Source: Saprospiraceae bacterium
Lineage (GTDB): Bacteria; Bacteroidota; Bacteroidia; Chitinophagales; Saprospiraceae
NCBI GenBank assembly: GCA_031402955.1
Contig: JANNSS010000043.1
Span: 746-64,745 of the forward strand
DNA length: 64,000 nucleotides
Direction: 5' to 3'
Below, piece after piece: positions 10,101-16,261 of this stretch; position 1 is the first letter of the stretch, and each line of letters starts with the position of its first letter. The notes beneath the pieces are model-generated. The model did not search any database. It saw only the letters and a list, made by a program, of their open reading frames with translations, and had not been told where the DNA came from. Made by a program: the position numbers and the translations under genes.

Positions 10101-10182
10101 GATTGGTGGCAGGAGCTGGCCTGGATTTGCAGGACAACAGAAACAAAATGGCAAATGCCATCGCAAATAATTGGTATTTCAT
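4105..10182 (-). CDS. Alpha-2-macroglobulin family lipoprotein with a putative thioester
   Basis: 2025 aa with the lipobox LFLLSC. The sequence YLMEYPHECAEQIFSR contains a CxEQ thioester motif (CAEQ at 5740-5751, in frame). MG-domain-like beta-rich repeats are present. Confidence 0.85.
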   Translation of the reverse strand: MKYQLFAMAFAILFLLSCKSRPAPATNPPMVDPVVMEKLWKSIDSLEQKGLATSALEEVRKIKQLALSGSESNNLIKATLFENRYLTQLEEDSAIKALERGEAELKSFPEPAKSIMHSLLARWYTIYLQTHLWELKNRTEFGGIAGPDIRTWGIRHFTDKIHSHYKQSVQWEGLKTADVKAFLPLLTEEQNTDDLRPTLYDILMHRALDFYAGTESYLTKPAYDFVLTDPNAFNPAISFAAHNFPTADSTSSTWLALSWFQDLIAFRLADDAHESALLDADLKRLQFVHQYILIDNKDSLYQAALMNLAKKHKDNPESTLIDYYRAQLLINQGSQWREERDSSMRYAYNEAKEICERAIRTFPDAYGSQLCKTLIQQIEQKSVSASVESICLPGEELLAQLEYRNFSSMYFKIVKLPESPRRWRGDAWDGEEVLRRLNQLSSRKDWKETFDSGNDHQQHSTEIAVPALPVGHYALLISDHENFTNNTATSGTVMFTVSELAYWYLDDKDQGEVAAVVNRSTGLPMKDVKVEFISFEYNAGLRKQEELKLGQAVSDASGWIQIPAHDNKSISLRLTKGEDELYVDDAYYSYRYTAGVKSNPTTLFFTDRSIYRPGQKLYFKGYALDFDKSGLPSIVTNKNVDVVLYDANGQVVSKQSLTTNAYGTFFGQVDLPSGGLTGQMSISSSYGSGRHYFRVEEYKRPKFEVIFDTLNQVVRLNENVTVNGMAKDYAGSPVAGAIAGYRVERIAYRPWWYGYYKSFWPGDDDRQVLATGQLFTQEDGGIIITFPAKGKPGGDPDLMYRFEITVIVTDITGETHEATKFLVLNQQGYEINISLRERVSMQALESIEVMATNTDGADVKVNGEVEVSAIKGPAQNRRNRLWTAPDILSLSEQDYVTRFADYAVPGREKMSGWPVDRVIGKKSFVVDGTGTMDFSSLITAPGYYKVSSTWKDATGNEFKMDQYIMAYDKGQLLPGFEVSQIDFKDQKYEPGNTVYFDLLTGIVAPPKMIRVIEHRTPPAKRSMLNLPMTADPLIKLTEEDRGGVYVHHLTAYNNRFFKDQQLIQVPWSNKELKVNLKTWRDKMEPGDEETWTLTVEGQKQEKVMAELVMSMYDASLDAFVPHQWQMSLYPSTSSRIGIQWTQPVAANYWGLAYPWEQNYQDIPVRQYRDINEYGYYPEGGYHPMVRGGKRYKDGDIEYRWQYSAGEMPAPSALEEGAAPGEADQMNQVDNSKKESVDELISPSPVRSVLDETVFFYPQINTDDQGRLTFSFKMKEGLTRWKFQALAHTKDLAFGLAQAEAVTQKQLMVFPNPPRFFRDGDTIAFQIKVSNLTNTAISGKSKLMIIDAFTDEDVSAAWGLKSTEQALQVVQNGSTPLAWTLYVPSGWKRPVKYQVTASAGAFSDGEESILPVVSNSILITETLPLPIKANETRTFVFKSMLDKKSANSINHQYVVEMTTSPAWYAVQALPYLMEYPHECAEQIFSRMYANTLASHIAGKYPAIRQVYNAWNATGDDALVSNLSKNQDLKSALLEETPWVRDAMGESQQKKDIALLFETNRLRNESQQSLDQLRQMQMSNGGFAWFPGGRDNWYITQYILEGFGHLNKMGVALPAGNGNDIIQKAVPYIDSRMMEWYDELKKLEAKGKLKMSDLQISSMQLHYLYTRSFYTNIEHPAQMDEINSYLQAQIEKYWLQFGIYDQGLAALASFRTWPQANVSKEILASLRERTIVHEELGRYWKLSPGFQWNEAAVELQSLMIELFQDMDVPQAEIDELRVWLLKQKQTTQWKTTKATASAIYALLIHPDTWLQSVGIVQVKLGGQEVIGSSTSAEGGTGYVKKSWTGDQIKPDWSSVTVSNPNSHIAWGSAYWQYWEDIDKVKSTLDNNPLKVTRSLLIVNNTDRGEVTEVAPFRALKVGDKLIVRLIIETDRAMEFVHLKDLRASGFEPMDVLSGYRWASGLGYYQSTRDLATHFFIDYLPRGKYVIEYPVTVAQAGAYSEGLATLQCMYAPEFGSHSQGNRVQVTKN

Positions 10183-10304
10183 AAGGTTTCATTATTTATA
10201 TTCAGATAGTAGATGCCTGAAAAGATAAAATTACAGAAGCGCAGTAACTCATTTAACGCTTTATTAACCGAAAGCGATATTGACTTTCACTAAAGCCAGA
10301 GCGC

Positions 10305-11303
10305 TCAGGGAATGTACCGGTCCGGCAAAACCTCAGCAGGCAAAGGCAAACCCTCTATAATGTGCGCTACCAACTGCTCCGCCCAGAATGGAGCAAGGCT
10401 GGTTCCTTTCGTTCCCATCCCATTGAAGATAAATTGACCGGGACGTCCAGCCAATGGTCCAATTAATGGACGCCTGTCATTAACTGTAGGTCTGACTCCT
10501 GCCATATGCTTCACGACCTCTATGCTGCCGGAGTATACTTTTTCAATGGATGCAAGTAATCGCTCTTTTCCTTCTTCTGAGGGTGAAGGATTTTCAGGCC
10601 AGGGATCATAATAACTCCCAATCCAGCACATTTCTGTATCCTTCAAGGGCATAATAAAGACTTCTTCTTTAATAACCTCCTTGATCCGCCAATCCGGCAT
10701 CTTCAGCAGAAGAGATTCTCCTTTATTTGGGATAACCCTTGCAGCAACAGATGGATCAATAGCTCCTGTCGCAAAAATTTTAATACCATCATAAAGCGTG
10801 TTGGTAGGATATGGTGAATCCATTTCTTCAAGTAATCCTTTTTCGGAGAGAAATCCCCTGACAGCATTGAGCCATCCAGGTGTATCTAACCTGTATCCAC
10901 CGGTCACTATTCCATAAGGACGGTTTAAGCCGTCGAGATTTCCGGACTTTTTATCTGAGATGTAATCTGCATATTCAGGATCATCAAGTCTCCTCTCCCA
11001 TGCGGTCTGCCCTTCCTGATGTGCTAAATACCTGACGATTTCGACAGGAAAGAAAAACTCACCCCCCAGCATATTTTCAGTCCAGCGATAAAACTCAAGT
11101 GCTTTAGAAACGAACTCATCTATACGCCATGCCTTCACATAACGTCTCCCTGTGATAGGTGCAATCAATCCGGAGGAAGCCATCGAAGCTTCTCCAACCT
11201 GAGAACACCCGATCAATTTAAAAGGAATATTCCTTCTGTAGAAAGTAAGTGCAAGTGTACATCCTGCAAGACCATGTCCAACAATCAATATTTTCTTATC
11301 CAT
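10305..11303 (-). CDS. FAD-dependent oxidoreductase (DAO family)
   Basis: 332 aa with an N-terminal Rossmann motif, KILIVGHGLAGCTLA. Confidence 0.75.
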   Translation of the reverse strand: MDKKILIVGHGLAGCTLALTFYRRNIPFKLIGCSQVGEASMASSGLIAPITGRRYVKAWRIDEFVSKALEFYRWTENMLGGEFFFPVEIVRYLAHQEGQTAWERRLDDPEYADYISDKKSGNLDGLNRPYGIVTGGYRLDTPGWLNAVRGFLSEKGLLEEMDSPYPTNTLYDGIKIFATGAIDPSVAARVIPNKGESLLLKMPDWRIKEVIKEEVFIMPLKDTEMCWIGSYYDPWPENPSPSEEGKERLLASIEKVYSGSIEVVKHMAGVRPTVNDRRPLIGPLAGRPGQFIFNGMGTKGTSLAPFWAEQLVAHIIEGLPLPAEVLPDRYIP

Positions 11304-11661
11304 CCGATTGTTGCAACGTTTCTTTTAATTTCCCGGGCAGTCCTGCCACTACCAGCCCGTATGAATGATCGATCAGATTAATCAGCATATCATTTGCCAG
11401 TCCATTTTCGAAGAAAACGGTATTCCAATGTTTCTTATTCATATGCCAACCTGGAACAATCACTCCGGGAAATTCCTCCCTGAGTTCTATGGCCCGCTCC
11501 GGATCACACTTGAGATTTACCTGAAACTCCTCTGCATCCAGACCTGTGAGCGCAAATGCTTTACCCATGACTTTATATACGAGGGTATCAGGGCCGAAAG
11601 GAAGGGTTTCTTCAACACCTTTAAGTTGTAAACAATATTTCCGGAAGGATTCAATATCCAT
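11296..11661 (-). CDS. MmcQ/YjbR family protein
   Basis: 121 aa. The sequence (FRKYCLQLKGVEETLPFGPDTLVYKVMGKAFA...HMNKKHWNTV) is typical of the YjbR fold. It overlaps the downstream gene by 8 nt. Confidence 0.7.
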   Translation of the reverse strand: MDIESFRKYCLQLKGVEETLPFGPDTLVYKVMGKAFALTGLDAEEFQVNLKCDPERAIELREEFPGVIVPGWHMNKKHWNTVFFENGLANDMLINLIDHSYGLVVAGLPGKLKETLQQSDG

Positions 11662-11663
11662 GC

Positions 11664-11981
11664 TTACATCAATCCGAATATTTTAGCATACTTCAGCATT
11701 TCACCCTGATTGGTAATTTTCACTTTGCCGGTCAGTACAGCCATCATTGGATTCAGGTCTCCGGAAGCAAGGCCCACAAAATTATTGCCGGATGCCCGTA
11801 CAACACATTTAGGTTCATCTATCAATCCCTCCGCTACCGTAACTTTTTGATCGGCTACATGGATTGTAAACTGACCGCCATTATCACCTTCCAAATCAAA
11901 GTGAAACACGGTTTCCAAACCTTCAATAGCAGTAGGGGAAACTTTTGATGGCAATGCAAAAAGGAATTCTCTTGAAGTCAT
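11664..11981 (-). CDS. SCP2 sterol-binding-domain protein
   Basis: The C-terminus LNPMMAVLTGKVKITNQGEMLKYAKIF is an SCP2 signature. The first ATG (MTSREF) is at 11981; the track start at 12044 is a TTG extension. Confidence 0.6.
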   Translation of the reverse strand: MTSREFLFALPSKVSPTAIEGLETVFHFDLEGDNGGQFTIHVADQKVTVAEGLIDEPKCVVRASGNNFVGLASGDLNPMMAVLTGKVKITNQGEMLKYAKIFGLM

Positions 11982-12249
11982 GAAATAGTAAATTAAATGT
12001 GAATATTGACCGACTGGAATCGAAATCCAAGCCTTCTGGTCCAAAGCTAAAACCTTAATTCCATTCAGAGCCCATTGCCTCGTTAAACAATAAAACTACT
12101 GGAAAGATTAAGCTATTTTCAAACTGGCTGGTAAGACTTGAGTATATGCCTTATCCGGTCAGGATTAAAACACTATCCTTGACAATAGCGCTCCAATGAA
12201 TGATTCTCTGAAAGATCAAGCCTGCAATGCCAAACCTGGTGTTACTTTT

Positions 12250-13194
12250 ATGGCTGTGGTCAATCGTCATTTACGCATCGTATTTATGGGTACTCCCGGT
12301 TTTGCGGTCGCTTCGCTTCAGTTTCTGATGGAGGCCGGATATCCGATTGCTGGTGTGGTCACGGCGCCTGATAAACCAGGAGGCAGAGGTATGAAGCAGA
12401 TGATTTCTTCTCCTGTCAAACAATTTGCAACAGCGCATGCACTGACCCTATTACAACCTTCCAATCTCAAATCAAAAGTATTTGTAGCTGAGTTAAAGGC
12501 GCTCCAGGCTGACCTACAGATTGTCGTGGCGTTCAGAATGCTTCCTGAAGTGATCTGGGCTATGCCCCCCAAAGGCACCATGAATCTCCATGGATCACTT
12601 CTTCCCGCATACAGGGGCGCTGCCCCTATTCACTGGGCCGTGATCCGCGGCGAAAAAATAACCGGAGTAACTACCTTTTTACTTCAGCATCAAATTGATA
12701 CAGGCCAGATTTTACTTCAAAATGAAATGCCGATACTGAAAGGTGATGATACAGGTAGCGTCCATGACCGGATGATGATGATCGGGGCCGGACTTGTGGT
12801 GGCTTCGGCAGACCTTATTACCATAGGCCAGTATCATCTGCATGACCAAGACGAAAGCAAAGTTAGTCATGCACCAAAAATCCATCATGAGGATGGGCAT
12901 ATCCACTGGGTATCAACGTCAGTAGATATCTATAATCTTATCCGTGGTATGTCAGCTTATCCAGGTGCCTGGACAGTGCTGGACGGACTAGAATGTAAAA
13001 TCTGGAAATCAATCATTTATTCTGCCGAAAACAATAAGAATCCCGGCAGTATGAGGATAGAAGGAAAATCTCTGATTGTACAGGCAATGGACGGTGAAAT
13101 TGAACTTTTGGAAATACAGATGGCTGGCAAGAAAAGGATGAGTGTCCCTGATTTTATAAACGGGTACAGAATTAAAAATTGGTTTTTGACATAA
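12250..13194 (+). CDS. fmt: Methionyl-tRNA formyltransferase
   Basis: Motifs LRIVFMGTPGFAV, APDKPGGRG and NLHGSLLPAYRGAAPI are present. ATG 12250 gives a normal N-terminus; the track ORF begins at 12196. Confidence 0.9.
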   Translation: MAVVNRHLRIVFMGTPGFAVASLQFLMEAGYPIAGVVTAPDKPGGRGMKQMISSPVKQFATAHALTLLQPSNLKSKVFVAELKALQADLQIVVAFRMLPEVIWAMPPKGTMNLHGSLLPAYRGAAPIHWAVIRGEKITGVTTFLLQHQIDTGQILLQNEMPILKGDDTGSVHDRMMMIGAGLVVASADLITIGQYHLHDQDESKVSHAPKIHHEDGHIHWVSTSVDIYNLIRGMSAYPGAWTVLDGLECKIWKSIIYSAENNKNPGSMRIEGKSLIVQAMDGEIELLEIQMAGKKRMSVPDFINGYRIKNWFLT

Positions 13195-13408
13195 ATTCAA
13201 AAGCCTTCCTGACTAACCGCTTTATCAATTCCACGTCAGGCAGAACTTCCGGACTCTCAGGCGCCAACTCTTCAACGTAGGTATTTTCCGGGATGGTATT
13301 ATTTCCTGGAAACTGAAGAGAATTAATATACGTAAAGCAAGCCAGACTCAGGCAAAACAGGGCAATAATGCCTGAAATCTTTACCGTATTCTTTTTAATT
13401 CTGACCAT
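13172..13408 (-). CDS. Small hypothetical membrane protein (78 aa)
   Basis: It has one TM helix (ISGIIALFCLSLACF) and its own TATATTTG box 65 nt upstream. Its 3' end overlaps the fmt 3' end by 23 nt. Confidence 0.35.
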   Translation of the reverse strand: MVRIKKNTVKISGIIALFCLSLACFTYINSLQFPGNNTIPENTYVEELAPESPEVLPDVELIKRLVRKAFEFMSKTNF

Positions 13409-13472
13409 GATTTGTTAATAAAACGTTTTTTCAAAAAAATAGTTACAACCGGGATAAACTTTTATTGCTATG

Positions 13473-13480
13473 CAAATATA
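13473..13480 (-). promoter_or_regulatory. -7 box TATATTTG for the small ORF 13172-13408
   Basis: Matches TAnnTTTG, 65 nt upstream of the ATG. Confidence 0.4.
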
Positions 13481-13583
13481 ACACTATACAACTCAGGACA
13501 AAACACTTTAATAATTCTTTAACCAAGAACCGTCCAACTGACATTTTACCCAAAACGCAGCGGAAGGAGATACCTGATTTGCA

Positions 13584-15125
13584 TTAAGGATGACCTTTTT
13601 GTCCCAGGGTTGCATAAGTTTCAAATATTCGTTTGGAAACAGGGTGGGTTGGATATCCAATAACGTCCGCGGCAGCCCCCATTTCCACTATTTTTCCCTG
13701 ATGAAGTACAAGGACCTGATCAGCTACTCCCCTGATAATCCGTTCGTCATGAGAAATAAAGATCAGCGCCAAACCCCGTTCCCGCATCAAACGGCGCAGC
13801 AACTCCACAATTCCGTCCCGGGTAGCTCCATCCAGAGAGGAGGTAGATTCATCACAAATTAAAACGGCTGGGTGCATAAGTAACGCACGGGCTATACTCA
13901 CCCGTAGACACTCACCTCCTGAAAGCTGACCAACTTTACGATCCAGGACTGACTCTTCCAAGCCTACTTCCTTAAGAACCTCTACTAGTGAATTACCCAC
14001 CTGCTTTCCGGAGAGGGTACTGATTACTTTTATTTCCTCCAGAATATCCCTGATAGAAATATATGGATGTAGTGATCCTCTGCCGTCCTGCATGACCAGC
14101 TGAACTTTTGATCTCAACTTTTTGATATGATTGAGTTTATGGAAATCTACTGCCTTTCCTTCAAGTATTACATGACCATGAGATGGTACAAATAGTCCTA
14201 CCAGGAGCTGGGCAAGTGTAGATTTTCCACTGCCAGATTCACCAACTATACCGAGGCAAGTTCCAAGCTGAAGCGTAAAATCCAACATACCTACCGTTGC
14301 TCCCTTTTTGTGCATCATTCCCCCAAATGAATGTGTATATTCCAATTGTTTCACCTCTAGTATAGGTGGTGCGCTTGGTGTCACATGACCCCGCGTGATT
14401 GTATGGAGTAAAGGAAAATCTGCATTGATTGGACTAATCTGTATTTCCCTGTCTGCGAGGTGCCGAACTACGGCTTCTTCATGGGTAATGCATAAGATAG
14501 CCATGTTATAGCGCGATTTCAGTAAAGCAAAAACATCGAGCAGTTCAACCTGGTTTATTTTATCAATCGCAGAAGTAGGTTCATCAGCAATGAGTAATTC
14601 GGGCCTGATGACAATTGCCATTGCTATCTGGCAACGCTGCAGCTGACCACCAGACAGTTGGTGTGGATAAGAGAACAAGAGTCTTTCAGTCTCATGAAGG
14701 CCAACTTCTTCCATTTTTATCCTTAGCTCCTTGTCAACGTCGGGATCGGCTCTTGCAGTGCGCTCCCTGATGATCATCAACATCTGGTCGCCCATGGTCA
14801 TAACCGGGTCAAAGGCACCGAAAATATCTTGTTGAATATACCCAATATGTGATCCCCTCAGATTACGCCAATGCCCGGCATCGTCAGGCAACTTCAATTC
14901 ATGCTTTGGGTCGGCTGACCATCGAATAATGCCATCATGCAATTTGATACCGGCAGGGAGGAGATTGAGGATCGCAAGGGCGATACTGGTTTTACCACTT
15001 CCGGAAGCACCGGTCAATGCCACGATTTCACCGCTGTTGACGTGGAAGGAAAGGTGATGAAAAATACTACCCTGCTCTGAGACCAGGGTTAAACCTTCTA
15101 CGTTTAGGATTGCTGAGGTCATCAT
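13584..15125 (-). CDS. ABC transporter ATP-binding protein with two fused NBDs (Dpp/Opp D-F-like)
   Basis: 513 aa with Walker A GASGSGKTS and GESGSGKST and signature motifs LSGGQLQR and LSGGECLR. No permease gene is adjacent. Confidence 0.85.
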   Translation of the reverse strand: MMTSAILNVEGLTLVSEQGSIFHHLSFHVNSGEIVALTGASGSGKTSIALAILNLLPAGIKLHDGIIRWSADPKHELKLPDDAGHWRNLRGSHIGYIQQDIFGAFDPVMTMGDQMLMIIRERTARADPDVDKELRIKMEEVGLHETERLLFSYPHQLSGGQLQRCQIAMAIVIRPELLIADEPTSAIDKINQVELLDVFALLKSRYNMAILCITHEEAVVRHLADREIQISPINADFPLLHTITRGHVTPSAPPILEVKQLEYTHSFGGMMHKKGATVGMLDFTLQLGTCLGIVGESGSGKSTLAQLLVGLFVPSHGHVILEGKAVDFHKLNHIKKLRSKVQLVMQDGRGSLHPYISIRDILEEIKVISTLSGKQVGNSLVEVLKEVGLEESVLDRKVGQLSGGECLRVSIARALLMHPAVLICDESTSSLDGATRDGIVELLRRLMRERGLALIFISHDERIIRGVADQVLVLHQGKIVEMGAAADVIGYPTHPVSKRIFETYATLGQKGHP

Positions 15126-15134
15126 GTAAAAATA

Positions 15135-15160
15135 GATTTGCCGGAGCGTACCGGCAAATC
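15135..15160 (-). terminator. Intrinsic terminator-like hairpin after the SPOR gene
   Basis: GATTTGCCGG-AGCGTA-CCGGCAAATC forms a perfect 10-bp stem. On the minus strand it is followed by TATTTTTAC. It ends only about 10 nt before the ABC ATPase ATG. Confidence 0.65.
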
Positions 15161-15232
15161 CATTTCATGGCATTATAACATTCTTATAGAAAAAAACCAG
15201 AATTCTCTCTGTGAATCAGACTACTTATCTGC

Positions 15233-16006
15233 TTAATCAGTCTCTTCAATAAGACCACCCCTGTCGACAACGACGGCGGCATCCTTATATCCTTTGGCTA
15301 TCACCAGATCACGGACTTTGGTGGCTTCCTTTTGGGTTTTAAATCCTCCAATCATCATGATCGTCCACTCTCCTTTGCGGTAAGACTCCAAGGGTCCATA
15401 CTGGTCAACATCACTGGTATTGAATCCACCGGGTTTGAGAAAAGAAGCAAGTCGTACTTTAAAATCTCCGGTTTCCTCGCTGGAGACAACTGGTTCTGGT
15501 GGGATTGACGCTTTAACTATCGGGGACGGAGTGACAGGAGCAGCTGTTTTTGTAATACCCTCCGGTTCGAAATCAGGCTGAATAGCCACGCCCTGTGGGG
15601 TATAGTTTTCAAGCCCTTTCTGGATGACAATAAAGGCATCCATCTTCCCTCTTTCTTTAGCCTTCAGCAGGACATTCTTTGCCTGATCCTGATTGTCATA
15701 AGGTCCGATTCTTACCTTGTACATTCCATTCTCTGTGTGGATATACACGGGCCCCAATTGTTCCCAGGAGCTAAGTGAACTCTTATCTGTAATAGGCCTG
15801 GAAGTGGCTGAAAGCTGAACTGCAAACTCCAGCTTGACAGGAACTTCCTGGCTAACCTTTTTATAGGTTGAAGGGTCCTGTTTGACATAAACCTTAACCA
15901 GGTCTGAATCAGATTTCGAGACTGTAGTCTGATAGGTCTGACTATGGCCCAGGGACAAGATTCCTGATGCAAACAGAAGTGAAATGGGTAAAAGTAGTTT
16001 CTTCAT
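15233..16006 (-). CDS. SPOR-domain protein (two SPOR repeats)
   Basis: 257 aa with a signal peptide. Two beta-alpha-beta SPOR-like modules are present (FAVQLSATS...YKVRIGPYDNQDQAKNVLLKAK and FKVRLASF...GGFKTQKEATKVRDLVIAKGY). Confidence 0.75.
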   Translation of the reverse strand: MKKLLLPISLLFASGILSLGHSQTYQTTVSKSDSDLVKVYVKQDPSTYKKVSQEVPVKLEFAVQLSATSRPITDKSSLSSWEQLGPVYIHTENGMYKVRIGPYDNQDQAKNVLLKAKERGKMDAFIVIQKGLENYTPQGVAIQPDFEPEGITKTAAPVTPSPIVKASIPPEPVVSSEETGDFKVRLASFLKPGGFNTSDVDQYGPLESYRKGEWTIMMIGGFKTQKEATKVRDLVIAKGYKDAAVVVDRGGLIEETD

Positions 16007-16261
16007 TGAGCTAGATATTAAAATAAAAACTTATGTAAAGATAAGTATTTTTCAATACAATACATATTATTTAAAAAAATAATATGTAAAATCGCCCATT
16101 CCCCGGGTTTTTTAACGGTTTTCATGGCTTGGTACCAATCTGTTTAAAAAAAGCTAATTGCGTCCAACTTGACACTCGGTGAGAAAACTTGGCTAAAGAA
16201 CCTGAGAGTTTCTATTTTTATCACTTCATCCGCAATTATTATCTACCAGAGCAACTCACAT

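Noticed and set aside
4096-10228. About a dozen 60-170-aa ORFs antisense to or out of frame within the A2M gene
   Set aside because: All are nested in a continuous 2025-aa ORF with clear family features. They have low-complexity or odd composition and no promoter boxes.
10257-10276. A small hairpin CGCTTT-N8-AAAGCG after the FAD oxidoreductase gene as a terminator
   Set aside because: The stem is only 6 bp and AT-rich with no clear U-tract, which is too weak to call.
15133-15140. TAGATTTG -7-like box on the plus strand
   Set aside because: It lies inside the left arm of the SPOR terminator hairpin, with no plus-strand gene for more than 1 kb downstream. It is probably a chance match.
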